Origin: Chrysomallon squamiferum
Lineage: Eukaryota > Animalia > Mollusca
Assembly (NCBI GenBank): GCA_012295275.1
Contig: CM022666.1
Location: 10,292,001-10,356,000, forward strand
DNA length: 64,000 bases
Direction: 5' to 3'
Positions 26,310-40,400 of this stretch are shown in pieces. The notes beneath the pieces were generated by a model, which had not been told where the DNA came from, ran no database searches, and saw only the letters and a list, made by a program, of their open reading frames with translations. Made by a program: the position numbers and the translations under genes. Position 1 is the stretch's first letter, and each line of letters starts with the position of its first letter.

Positions 26310-29300
26310 GTAATAATAACAATAGCAATTAATAATAATAATAGTAGTAATAATAGCAATATTGATATAATGCAATAATAGTACTTTTACTGCTGCTGTT
26401 ACTATTAGTAGTAATAATGAAGTGTTAAGCTTACTTTACATCATCAGAGAAATAATTAAGAAACTATTTACACAGTAGTTGTGGCAGCCATAACAGCAAC
26501 AGTCATAGTAGTAATTTGATGCCTTAATTTGTTTAAATACTCACACTGTGAAAACTATTTACACTTTTCCTAAGTTTGATGATTCACATTATAGGTGTTA
26601 CAGTTATTAGTACTGGTTATTTTGAAAGTGTATTAAAATGAGGATTAAAGGATTACACAAAAAATGTTAGTATAAGTAATTACCTACAGACAGTTATAAC
26701 TGACAACAGCTGTTCAGGTGAACTAATTATTTCTATTGTTGGACTATTTACTTTGATAGGTGGACTAATTATTTCTGTATATGAATTAATTGCTATGACA
26801 AGTAGAACTAATTATCTCTATAGGTAAACTATATATTTTTACAACTAATTATTTCTACAGGTAACTATCTTTATGCAACTAATTATTTCTACAGGAAACT
26901 ACCTATTTATATAATTAATAACTTATTAGAACACATCAACTAATTATTTGAACAGGTAAACTATTTATTTTTCAGATAAACAACATCTAGTGAACAGATG
27001 TAAAATGAAGACATAGAACTGACAGGTATAATAATTCTACTTCTGATTTATGTTATCTCTCAGGTAAGAAATGCTCCAAGCTAAAACTAAGTTAGCTAAT
27101 CTGTCTCAGAGTAATTTAACAGGTGAACAGACAGGTACTGATAGCACAATATGCTCAAAGGTAAATATCAAACTAAATCTCTTTCAAATATTTTAAGAAT
27201 AATAATTTTTAAAACAACTGTTTAAATAATCATATTATAATAAAATTACATGCAAGATATTTATATATACAATTTTATTTCTTGGCAACTGTAAAATAGA
27301 CACAGAATCAAAACAAAATTCTGTTTCAAAACACTTCTATGAATCAATATGGTCTGAAATACTGAAAGAAAAATGTTTTTAAAAAGTCAGTGAAACCTTT
27401 CTTTAACACACTTTTAGTTCTTTAATATTACTAAGTTCTGTTTGCAACAAGATGTTTGATTTACACTAAAATTGTCCTCTTAGTTACTGTCTTTGGAATG
27501 GTCACTTATGAACCACAATACCAAATAATTATGGTCAAATGTGTCCATTTCTTGAACAATGAGCTCTTGATAGTTTAGAGCTCTGTTATCTAGACCATGT
27601 CAGTTTAAATAACATATGATTGAAACTTTCACCTTTATATTACTTTATTTCAAGTACTGTCATAATATAGAAGAGGTTTCAGATTAAGTTTTAAGTGCTA
27701 ATTCTAGTATCCAAACCAACCAATAACTTTCATGTCAGCTGCAATTAAACTACAGATAAAGAAACTTTAAAAATCTTTCTCTTTTATGTTAATTACAATG
27801 TACTAATTAAAAAAATAACTAACATTACAAAATCAAAACAAAAAAACAGCATTTCTTTGAGAATATCTACATACCAGAATATGTTAACTGTAAACAATAT
27901 TTTATTTCAGTATATATGTATATCAAATTATATTTACATTCGTATACATCTATCATGTAATAATGACAAACTTCCAAACTACTGCTCAGTTTATTATTTC
28001 AAACTATAAAAGAATTTAGTTCAATGTGAGACCCTTTGTTTTACATGTTAACTGAACAATAATTTAAATGTCAATTGTTTTTATAATTTTCTAAACAAAA
28101 GCAATTTTTCTGATTTGAAACTAGTAAACTCTTCTACCTGCTGCTTTATGTGTAAATTTTATCAATAATTTAAACACTTATTTCTAACTACTGTTTTTTT
28201 TTTATCATCACTACGAGTTATTACTGTTTTACATGTCTTTGTAAAGGGAGTGGTTGTGTAAGCACAGCTGGCTGAGCATGTCGATATTACATCAGATTAC
28301 TGTTTTCTCCAGACTGTCACAGGTGTAACACGCTGTTTAGTAAGATGTGCTGCTTGTGAAGTAAGCAACTGTAAAAACCTGACTCAGTGATGTACTTTAC
28401 TTTAAATTACCTTTAAAATATCTTACTTTCTTTATCTTATTCTTTCTAAAACATAAATTTACTGGAAATGTCTAAGTAAAAATATTGAATGTGTTTATAG
28501 TGATTTAAAATTTGAAAAATGTTTTAGTAACTGGGAAATATGAAATAATAGTATTAATACTCAGTTAATTAAAATGAGTATTACAATAATGGATAACAAC
28601 ATAGATGTATTTCACATATATAGGCCTATATTTATGTAGGTAGGTAGATATACAGACATTGAAATATGTACTGAATAATCAATATTCTTAAAATGAAGTT
28701 TAAGTATACACTACAGTTGATTAATTCTATCTACTTCACTCACATACATTCTTCTCTACAGATCATTTCAGTGTGATGGTTGTTGTGTGTAAACGTCCAG
28801 AACAGAGTTTGAAGGCAAAAGCAAACCTGAAACTATAGTTGCCTACATAATGTGTGCATAATATAAACAAGAGTCAGCATGTTAGAGAGCTAGAGGGAGA
28901 AATACTGGGATATGATCCTGGTACCTACCAAATGTATATTTAACTATGTTCATTACATACTCTAGTTAATGAGTTCTTAACATACAGTAAGCTCTGAAAT
29001 AGGTTTGATAGACATATATAAATAGATAAATACTTTGCTGTCAGTGTTTACAGTAGTATTGTAGCTCTACAGAGGTCTTCAAAGTGATAGCTTTGTGTAA
29101 TCAAGCATGAACAGGTATTGAAAGGTACAATTGTCTTTGATATATGGAACTTGTCAACAGAAAATGTATCATATTCAGTACAATTGCCGTATATAAATAT
29201 AATACAAAGTATGTCACTTGTTAAACAGGTTCAAAATATATAATATTTTGTTTTTAACTTGTAGATAATTTCTGTCAACACACTAATATATAACTGTCCT

Positions 29301-32300
29301 TAATAAAATAATAATTAAATTTTTTAATTTAAAATTCTGTACCTTTTAAAAAAATAATGTTTGATGTTTTAGTTATTATCAAAGAACTGCTGTTTATTAT
29401 GAAAAAAGATTCCAGTGTTGCCATATCAAGTACATGATATACAAACACTGAATACACAGAAATCTTCAAACAGTCTGTGTTGGTTAGTTAAACACTGTCT
29501 GACAAACTAAATTTAGACCACAATATAATGTCCTGTTTAGAATCAAGAAACACAACTAAAAGTGTACATTTACAAAGGACACAATCTAAATATATTCTTT
29601 TTTTTAAACTCTCTCTGTGTATGTGTGTATATGTGTGTGGGTGCATGGGTGTTCCATTTTTGTTCAGACTTATTTTGTTTATATGTCAGAAAAAATGTGC
29701 AAGATGACTATAAACTAACAAAATTTGTTATGTGACTGAGGTTACCTCAAAGTGTGACTTTACAAGAGAATCCACCATTGCTTTATTTTCACTGCTGTGT
29801 GGTATTTACCTCTGAATAGTATTTGTCTCTCTGTATGGTATTCACCACTGTGTAATATTCACCACTGCATGATATTCACAAGTGTAGTATTTGTCTCTGT
29901 ATGGTATTCACCACTGTGTAATATTCACCACTGCATGATATTCACAAGTGTAGTATTTACCTCTGTATGGTATTCACCACTGTGTAATATTCACCACTGC
30001 ATGATATTCACAAGTGTAGTATTTGTCTCTGTATGGTATTCACCACTGTACCACTGTGTAATATTCACCACTGCATGATATTCACAAGTGTAGTATTTGT
30101 CTCTGTATGGTATTCACCACTGTACCACTGTGTAATATTCACCACTGCATGATATTCACAAGTGTAGTATTTGTCTCTGTATGGTATTCACCACTGTACC
30201 ACTGTGTAATATTATTGTTCACCACTGCATGATATTCACAAGTGTAGTAGTTACCTCTGTATGGTATTCACCACTGTACCACTGTGTAATATTCACCACT
30301 GCATGATATTCACAAGTGTAGTATTTGTCTCTGTATGGTATTCACCACTGTACCACTGTGTAATATTCACCACTGCATGATATTCACAAGTGTAGTATTT
30401 GTCTCTGTATGGTATTCACCACTGTACCACTGTGTAATATTCACCACTGCATGATATTCACAAGTGTAGTAGTTACCTCTGTATGGTATTCACCACTGTA
30501 CCACTGTGTAATATTCACCACTGCATGATATTCACAAGTGTAGTATTTGTCTCTGTATGGTATTCACCACTGTACCACTGTGTAATATTCACCACTGCAT
30601 GATATTCACAAGTGTAGTATTTGTCTCTGTATGGTATTCACCACTGTACCACTGTGTAATATTCACCACTGCATGATATTCACAAGTGTAGTATTTGTCT
30701 CTGTATGGTATTCACCACTGTACCACTGTGTAATATTTACCACTGCATGATATTCACAAGTGTAGTATTTGTCTCTGTATGGTATTCACCACTGTGTAAT
30801 ATTCACCACTGCATGATATTCACAAGTGTAGTATTTACCTCTGTATGGTATTCACAACTGCATGATATTCATGAGTGTAGTATTTATCTCTGTATGATAT
30901 TCATGAGTGTAGTATTTACCTCTGTATGATATTCACCACTTTGTAATATTCACCACTGCATGATATTCATGAGTGTAGTATTTACCTCTGTATGGTATTC
31001 ACCACTGTACCACTGTGTAATATTCACCACTGCATGATATTCATGAGTGTAGTATTTACCTCTGTATGGTATTCACCACTGTGTAATATTCACCACTGCA
31101 TGATATTCACGAGTGTAGTATTTACCTCTGTATGGTATTCACCACTGTGTAATATTCACCACTGCATGATATTCACGAGTGTAGTATTTACCTCTGTATG
31201 GTATTCACCACTGTACCACTGTGTAATATTCACCACTGCATGATATTCACGAGTGTAGTATTTACCTCTGTATGGTATTCACCACTGTGTAATATTCACC
31301 ACTGCAAGTGTAGTATTTGTGTGGTATTCACCACTGTGTGTACAGTTCTCACCATGTACATGCAATAGCTAAGTAACAGGCTCTCAGGTCAGTCACCATG
31401 TCACTTCATCGTATCCACACTTGCTTATTTTTACAGCTAATATTAAAATTATTTTTCTTGTGTCTGTTTACATGTGCAATAAAATTAAGTGAATATTAAA
31501 TATTAAATAATGATAAAATACATTTTGAAAACAGAATGATCACACTGTCAGAACAGATAATAGCCACTTTAAGACTTCTTTTCCAGTGACTAACCTTTCA
31601 TAGTTTCTTCATTTACAGTTTAATAATCTATTTTCTACCTGTGTGATTTCTTCACCTAATTTTAGATGTTTGTACTCACAAACTCATGCATTATGTATTT
31701 CTAATTAATTAAAGAACTGAGGTATTAATGAAACTGTACTGAAGAAATCTTATTAAAGGTCAACATCTTCTATTTTTATTGTTATCAGTAAGTTAGTTTC
31801 CTTAACACAAGTATACGTAGTTTTTTTCATTTGGACAGAGGTTGTGTATGTGTATGTGTGTTGAAACCAATATTAAAAAGGTATACTAAACAAAAACAAT
31901 CAAAGAGCATGAAATACAGTAGATGTTTTATTGCCCATGGGGAGGTATGCTGTATTTCATTATCTGATGGGTTTCTTTTGTACCAGATTAATTATCTTTT
32001 ATCTAAAATTCAGAGGGCCAAAACATTTTTCAGATTTTTGAATTTTTCACATTTTAGAATATAATGAAGTAACTTGAAGATGGGAGCCAAGTTTTAACAG
32101 AAATAATGTCACAAACAATAACTTGTACTTAGTTTCATACATAAATTTAAAATAAATTTGTGTACAAATTAAAATGTTTGTGTCCACTGGATAAAGTTAA
32201 ACTCAGTTGATGGAAAACTGTTTCATTTTCAGATTTCTAAACCGTGGAAAAGTGGATGCATCTCTCTATGGTTATAAAAAATATTACATTACATGAAATA

Positions 32301-32578
32301 TACTTTTTCTCTTGAATTACTGATATGAAAAATGAGAACAAATAATAAAATTTCCAGTTTTTATTATAACTATATGTTAACATTGATTGCATGATTAACC
32401 AACACTGTAAGTTGTGTTTTTGACAATTTTTGATAATACCTTAATCCAGTCTAGACCCTTGTATTAAGGTATGTTTGTGCATTTGTCTATGAATATGTGT
32501 ATATATGTATGTATAGTATTTGTACATTTGTATCTATATTTATGGGTATATTTATGAGGGTGTGTTCATATTTAAATA

Positions 32579-32630
<52 letters not shown>

Positions 32631-34404
32631 AGAAAACAATTAAGATACTATCATTAAACTTTAGCTGAGTAAGGAAGACATTTTTTTGTTTACCTGTTTT
32701 TAATATTGATGTTTACTCAAATGAAAATGTGATGATGTGGCAAATTACATCCTCAGTATCATCATTATTTGTTCTTTATTGACCTCTTAGTAGTTCTAAA
32801 CACAGTAAACAGTTTTCTGACATGAAGCAAAAATATATATGATATTCATTTAATTTTATTTTAAAATCTATTTCAAAACATTAAATATTTTAGATTTTAT
32901 TTAGTTAAAAACACAATTAAATAACATATGTTTGAGAATTTAGTTTTCAAATTTAGCAAATCTCCAAAAGCTAATTTTTAAAATCTATTTAGTTATGTAT
33001 ATATATATATATATTTTTTTTGATTATTATGTACTAGTATATTTATAATTTAATATGTTTATTTAATTTTTTTCTTATAAACAAAATGTGAACACTGATC
33101 TGCTCTCACAGAGCTGGACAGTCTATATATGATTTGTGTAAACTAAGAAGTAACAGAAAGCCTATAAACAGATTATTTTAAATCTCACCTGTTTGTGAAC
33201 ACAGAACATGCTCTATAAATCTGTTTAGACAACGATAATACTCTTAGGTAGAAAGTGTAGTTAGGAGAAAACTTGTTAATAATCCTGAGATACCTGCAAG
33301 TCACACACACTGAGATCTCTGCACACCACTGTTACAGGTTAATTTAAACTGGATTAACTACTGTAGTGTGTCTGTCTGTTAGTGGTCCTTATTATAGGTT
33401 AACCATGACTTAAAATAGATTCAGTACAGAACAGTGTGTATTATTATAGGTTAGCTTAAAAACTGGATTCAGTTCAGCTGTATGTGTGTGTCAAAGTATT
33501 TTTCTGTAACTAAATGTGTGGCAGCAAAGGTTCAACCAGTCCGGTGTAGTGCAATGTAATTTTGAGTTACAGCCTATTAATGCAGTCCAGTGCATCAGTA
33601 GATCAATTCCCCCATAAATATTTTGAAAACATCTGACTTTCTTGTCTGTACATTTTTGGGCTGAAATCAGTCAATAAAACATGTCCTTTGTGTTTCTGTG
33701 TGACCTGTCAATATCTTAATATTAATGAAATTATACCAAAACTACACACTTATTTTGCCAAGATTCAGCTAAAATCTCTGACACTGAACCCCAGTGCATA
33801 ACATATTACTGATCTGTGGAAGGTGGTTTATTTTATTCTATCAAAACTTGAATTTTTATAATTTTCCCTTGTTATCCTATGCTGCCACACAAATGATAAC
33901 AGTAATCATGAGGTTTGTGAGCAGCAGGTTTCTTATTTCAAATTACTATTACAGAAAAACCCCACAAAGAAACCTCTGTAAATGTAATATTGATTGTGTA
34001 GATATAAACATTTGTATTTTAAAAATCTGTTCAAGACATATTGCTAATACTGACTTTATATAAATCAGAAGAACTAACATAAATAATGGTAACAAATATA
34101 ATGTAATCTGGAGTTTGTAGTTTTATCAATGATTAAATACAGACAACAGACAGAATTGCAATAAAGGATAAGTTTAGAACTTACCTGGTTAACAGAACAG
34201 TGACATCACAGAGCTGTTAAACACTGTTTTAACCATGACTTAGTAACACAAAGTAATACACTATTCAAATATAGTTTTCATGTAAGTCTGCTTAATAAAA
34301 CACATTTCAGTTTTTACCCTGCTACAAGTATAACATTGCTTTAATTTTAAACACAAATTAATCCATTTCCCAAATAATTTAGTTAAAAATTGTAATTTTA
34401 AGAG

Positions 34405-34438
<34 letters not shown>

Positions 34439-37400
34439 TTTTTTTTTTTTTGTAAATAATTATAGTTAAATTCTAAAAAGTTTAAGTGATTTCATCAAAA
34501 AAGATAAAATTTAAAATTTAAGTTTTGTTTAATGCTGGTTTGCTTTTACTATATTTCATGTCATAAATCCCTTGTTACCATGACACAAGTGAATGCTAGT
34601 TACCTATCAACTAATAAAAGTGTAGTCCACATGTTCTCTAGAAGTATGCTCCAGTTAAAATGAGATAAAATTTAATTTACATTCACATTGACATCATGTG
34701 TATGTGTCTGTGTCAGTGGCAAATAAAAGTGTAGCTGTCATTGTCTGACTGCAACATGCCACAGCATCTCTGTGTGTATTGTAAAACATGAACAAATTAG
34801 AAGAGAAGAGAAAAGAAAACATTTGTCAGTCTTCTTAATTTCTTCTTCAAACATGAGATGAACCTGAAGACATTACATTGGCTAATATTTACTTCAAAAA
34901 TGCAGGGTCTCTAACATGCCACCAATCAAACCACCTTGTTTCTCATTGGAGAGATATTCATTTCTTCTTTTAATCATGTAATGTTTTATCATTTTCTGAA
35001 TGAGTTTTAAATGATGTGAAGAGGTACATTGGCTGGATTATAATAAAGTCATTATTATCAGGTATTTATCACCTCTCTAAATACAAAACAATGTTTATTA
35101 TTTTTGTGCTGACTTGTAAAACCCTGATTTAAATAAAATGTTAATATTCTGAATTGCCATCTGAAATATTTGAAAAAAATTATGAAAATTAACAAGACAA
35201 ATATTTAAGAAATAAAACATTTACATAATTATGATTAATACACACAATACACTTGGAGAACCATGAAATGTTACTGTAGACCAGTTGCCTCGGGCACCAC
35301 ATATCTTGGTATTAATATTAAGGTATACAAATTTATTGGCTATCAAATCAAGGTCTCCAGGCAATACTTAAATTTATAAACACTACTGATGTCAGATTAC
35401 TTGTACTGGAGCTAGTAATAGAGTATGTACATGTGTGTGAGTGTATTTGTGTATGTGTGTTTTCTATACATGGAATAACCTGAATAGGATTTTATTAAAA
35501 TAAGGAATTAAGTTTATTTTTCATATTCATAATGTTAGTCATAAACTGTATATTCTGTTATTAAACAAAAATAAATGTTTAAAATGCATACTGTTTAAAT
35601 TTATAACTTTATTTAAATCTATTTATTCTAAACTAAAAACATCAAAATACCATTCTATTTTAAACCACATACAATTTTAAACTGGACATTGTTTTATACT
35701 CACCATATTTTAAACTGCATAGTTTAGACTATAGTTCAAATTGTGAACTGTAAACTATTTGAAACAGTAGTTTTCAACTGCAAACTATATTAAACTGTAC
35801 CTTCTCTTACACCTTTTTCATCTGTATTAAACTGTTCACTACCTTAATCTACATTATTTTAAATATAAATTGTTTTGAAGTACAGTTTTAAACTTTATAG
35901 TCTATTAAACTCTACACTTTTAAACTGTTCACTTATTTTAAACTAACTGTACAGATTTAAATTAAATTGTTTTGAACAGTGAATTATTTTAACACTGTTT
36001 TAAATTATTCACACTAAATTGTAAACTAATTTTAACTATATTGTTTTAAACTACAAACTATTTTAAACTGAACACTCACTTGTAGCTGCATGTTAAGTTT
36101 CACTTCTTTATCTTACTCCCTGAGGCAAAATGCATCTAAGTTTTTCATGCATGTAATCTGAAACTGCATTTTTCACAAGAAATTGTGTGCAAGTTTGATT
36201 AAAAGTTGTGAAATTATTTATCAAAGTGAAATTTCCAGGGCTGCATAAACCAGGCTGTATATGGAAGCATGCAAAAAGAGCAAACAATTTCTGTATTCTC
36301 ATTAATGTGCACTTCATGAGAACCATGAACAACTGGTTTATTTACATTCAGAAATCAATTTGTATTGATCACAGATGTAACATTCATCATGTAGAGGTGT
36401 ACTGAAGCTCTTTCAGTAGACTAAGACTTTTAAATATAGCAATAGGAAAACACTTGCAAGAAATACAGATCAATCAATAGCTGCAGTCTGACTTGGAAAA
36501 GATTCTGTGGTTATTGTTGTAATAGTGTGTGGAAGTCATACATGTATCCTGTATGTGCTTTGTTCTGATATCATGATCAAAGGAAGAATTCATTATTTGC
36601 TTCAAAACTTTAATATTTAATCATAATCAAACTTTTGAAGCAGATAATAAACAAGAAATCAAAATCTAGTATTTACAATATTAACTTCTGTATTGAGCAA
36701 TAATCACAAGATATTTAAGATACTATTTTATATACTGAAAACTGAAAATGAAATATTTTCATATTCTATCCAAACTCTGCATGGATATAATCAATAGTTC
36801 AAGTTGTTATTTTTGCTTAACCTCTTTCTTTTTTTAATTTCTTAATTATCATTATATTCTTACCTTTTTGTAAAATATTCTGTGTTGACACTTACATATA
36901 AATTGTAATGTTTTATAACTATAACTACTGTTGTTTTCTATACCTATGTAGCAATTTAGATTTATTCAGTATAATAATTATTAAATAGATGAATACAGTA
37001 GTTTCTGGAGTTTAAGGTTTCACATATATTACAGTATTAATTATTTTACATAGTTTCAGTATATTTATTACTTCCAACATAGCATAATAATTCAAACAGA
37101 TATATTCATACACAAAACTAATTACACACACAAATCAACATACATAATCTCCTATGGATCTGCATGTGTAACTCAAAAAAGGCTTAATATAAGCTAGATG
37201 AGGACTTGTTACAGATCAGTTACTGAACATGTAGAAACAACTGTTCCACTTACCTCGGCTGTAGTCTGAAACGTTTCAAATTCTGTAACACGAATCTCTA
37301 TCTGTGCCAGACAGTCTCCTGTCTCCTGCATCTTCTCCTCCAACTCCTCCACACGACGACCAAGATTAAACTGAATCTAAAAAGATTTGTATTTCTTTTA

Positions 37401-40400
37401 ATTTTATTAAAATGTTTTATTTGTACTAAACAGATGAATACAGTAGTTAGTGGAGTTTAAGGTTTCACACATGTTACATATTAATTATTTCACAAAGATG
37501 ATAAAATAATCAATTGGATAATCAATTAAAAAAAAAGATGATGTATTAGAAATGATTATGATAATAACATTTTTACATTAGTTGTTATTTTTCTAAATGA
37601 AAGATGATAAAATTATCAGATTTTTTTAGTTGTTCTATGAATTATGTAAAGAAAATGTTAATGTTTATGTACAAATTACCATATTTTTAACAAATAAAAT
37701 TATATATTTTGTTACAGACAACAGAAACTATTCTATACCAATTGTTTGAAAAGTGTTTTCTTTTCAACGGACATGTAACAGAAGTGTCACCAGTGATTTA
37801 TTGTATATTTTAATTTACCTACATGAAAATAATTTTAAATAATAAAACAATCAGTGTCTTATTGCTAACTCAAAATCTTCCAAATTTCTAGCATACTTTT
37901 ACCTAATGTCCAAAACACTAAGTCCAACTACAACCCAAAACCAAAACCCTGACCTAAAATACTGACCCTAACACTTGATATTTTCAATTAAACATATTTT
38001 GTGTCATTAAATTATTTTTACTCTAGCTACTATTTCACTTGCTGTTGTTTTTTGAGGGGTGGGGTTATTACTAGTTTTCCAGTGGAACAAGAATTAAATT
38101 GTTTATGTGGTATGGAGTGAATAAATAATAAACTGACCAGCTTAAACTCTTCCTCAAATTGTCTCAGTTTCAGACACTGTCTTAGTTTCACTTCATGAGC
38201 TCGCCAGAATTCACAAAATTTCTTCTTTGTTTCATCCAGCTGAGCAAGAAGTCTGTAAAAGAATATTCAACATTCATTTATTTCTCATTAGATTTAAAAC
38301 TTACAGAGAAATATAATCATAAATTATTTATGAATTCATATATATTTATATTTTATTAAATATATGTAATCAGTAATGTAAAACATTTTTTCTTTTAAAA
38401 TTAAGTGTGTGTGTTTGTACATACATACATACATACATAATTATACATAATTATATATAAAGATACATACACACAAAAAAAAAAGCCACACACATATGTA
38501 TTTATATATTATATATGTGTGAGTATGTGTTTGTGTCTGTGTATGTTTATCTGTCATCTGTCTGTCTGTCTGTATGTATAATACTATAATGTTGTATTAT
38601 CAGGAACTCTCTTTTTATTTAAGTTTTCATCCAGTTGTTTCTGTTACTTATTTTAAGAAATGTAAATATCACCTTTCTAATTCAGCAACATGAATCATGT
38701 GTACCAATGGCACATCAGAATTATCTCCCTTGATACACTGTAATATTGTGTTGCCATGTTCAGTGGCACTGTTCAGATCATCATGAAGCTCCTTTCGCTC
38801 CTGAATGTGGCTCCTTATCAAAGCTTCTGTTCCTGGCACGTCATTGGGTAAATCTGCCTCTTCTAGTTTCTTCACTATTGCTGTTATTGTGGCCGAGATT
38901 GTATCAATGTTTGACTGAAATTTCTCTATAGCCTGAACAGTGAAATTTAATTATTTACATGTTTGTCTTCATAAAATGATTCACTTATTATTACACAAAG
39001 ATGAGAAAAAAATGAAAATAAAAATAATAAAATATATAATAATAATAAAACTAAAGTTTAAAAAAAAAATAATAAATAAAAACATTATTTTCTCTAATAA
39101 GGAATTTCTTTCTCTTAATCTCAGAGGCATAAAAATTATTTCTCAAATTAACACACACATATATATAAATGTTTTATAATTTAAAAAAACATGTTTAAAA
39201 ATAAAAGTTACATACTGCTCTGTTCTGTGTCCACTCATTTGGATCATAGTCAATGGCTCCACCCACATCATAAGTCAACTGACTTGGATCTACATAATCC
39301 AACATGGCCACTGGAGAGTCACAGAGTATCACCTTATCAAAGTAAAAAACAGTAAGGATATTGTTGTAAGACAAGTTCAGAAAATAAGAAAAAGAAAATA
39401 ATTGTCAGAGTTTGGTTTATTTCTTAAAAGTAACTTTAGATTAAAATAGAATGTAATCAAAACAAAGAATTCCAGAAAAATATGAATCTCTCTTTTTCTC
39501 AAACACACAAAACAAAAAATTAAAAAAAGAACACATAAAACCCAACACATCCACAATAATGTAGTTATATTAAATGCAAAATATGCAAAAGTATGTAAGG
39601 AATGTTTTTCAGCAGTTAATATATATACTATGTGAAACAAAATTAAAATTTTCAGTAAATGTCAATATGAGATGTTGATTGTTTATATTTACAAGGTCCA
39701 CAGAGCCAAATTAAAAAGTATCATTATTATAAATTGTTTTAACTAAAAACATAAAAAAATCCCAGTGAAATGAAATAAAATAATGAATTCATTTAAGAAT
39801 GATTGACAATTTTCACCCTTTTTTAACTGAAATTATCACTGGTACTCAGTCTTTCAGGTTAAATTATACATTTATGTCACAAAATAAAAAATATATCTGC
39901 AAGTTATTTTTATTACTATATTTTGTAATTAATTTTTTTTTTAATTTTAATTTTAATCATTCAAATTTTTTAATGTGTATTTATTTTTTGTATATGGACT
40001 GTTATATTTAAATAAATGTATTAGTTCGATATTACACTACAGTGATACCTTGAATTACGAGTTTAATTCATTCCGTGATCAAGCTCATATCTCAATTTGC
40101 TCGTATATCAAATCAATTTTCCAAACTGAAATTAACTACCATTAATCTGTTCCAGACTGCTATTTTTTTTTTTTTTTTTTTTTTGTTACCTGTTTTTAAA
40201 TAAGAAAAATGTATTTATAAATGACAAATATTGAATAAAAACAAATAAAAGAAAATGTAAAGAAATAAATTGGTTTAGTAAAGTGTATTTATCTTGGAGA
40301 TTTGACAAATTATATTAACTCCTTTGGCTGGAGTTATAACCTTTATCAACTCCTTCAGCTTCAGTAGGTACATACTGAAAGTACTATGCCTAGCCAAGTT

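Noticed and set aside
29797-31243. Cys/His-rich repetitive ORFs (SVWYSPLCNIHHCMIFTSVVF)n
   Set aside because: Translation of a 66-bp minisatellite, broken by the 8-bp variant; no splice or start context.
23044-37253. Nested protein-coding gene or sense-strand recursive splice sites in the 14.2-kb intron
   Set aside because: I found no phase-consistent exon chain on either strand and no minus-strand pyrimidine tract plus AG|GT site by eye; small exons could have been missed.
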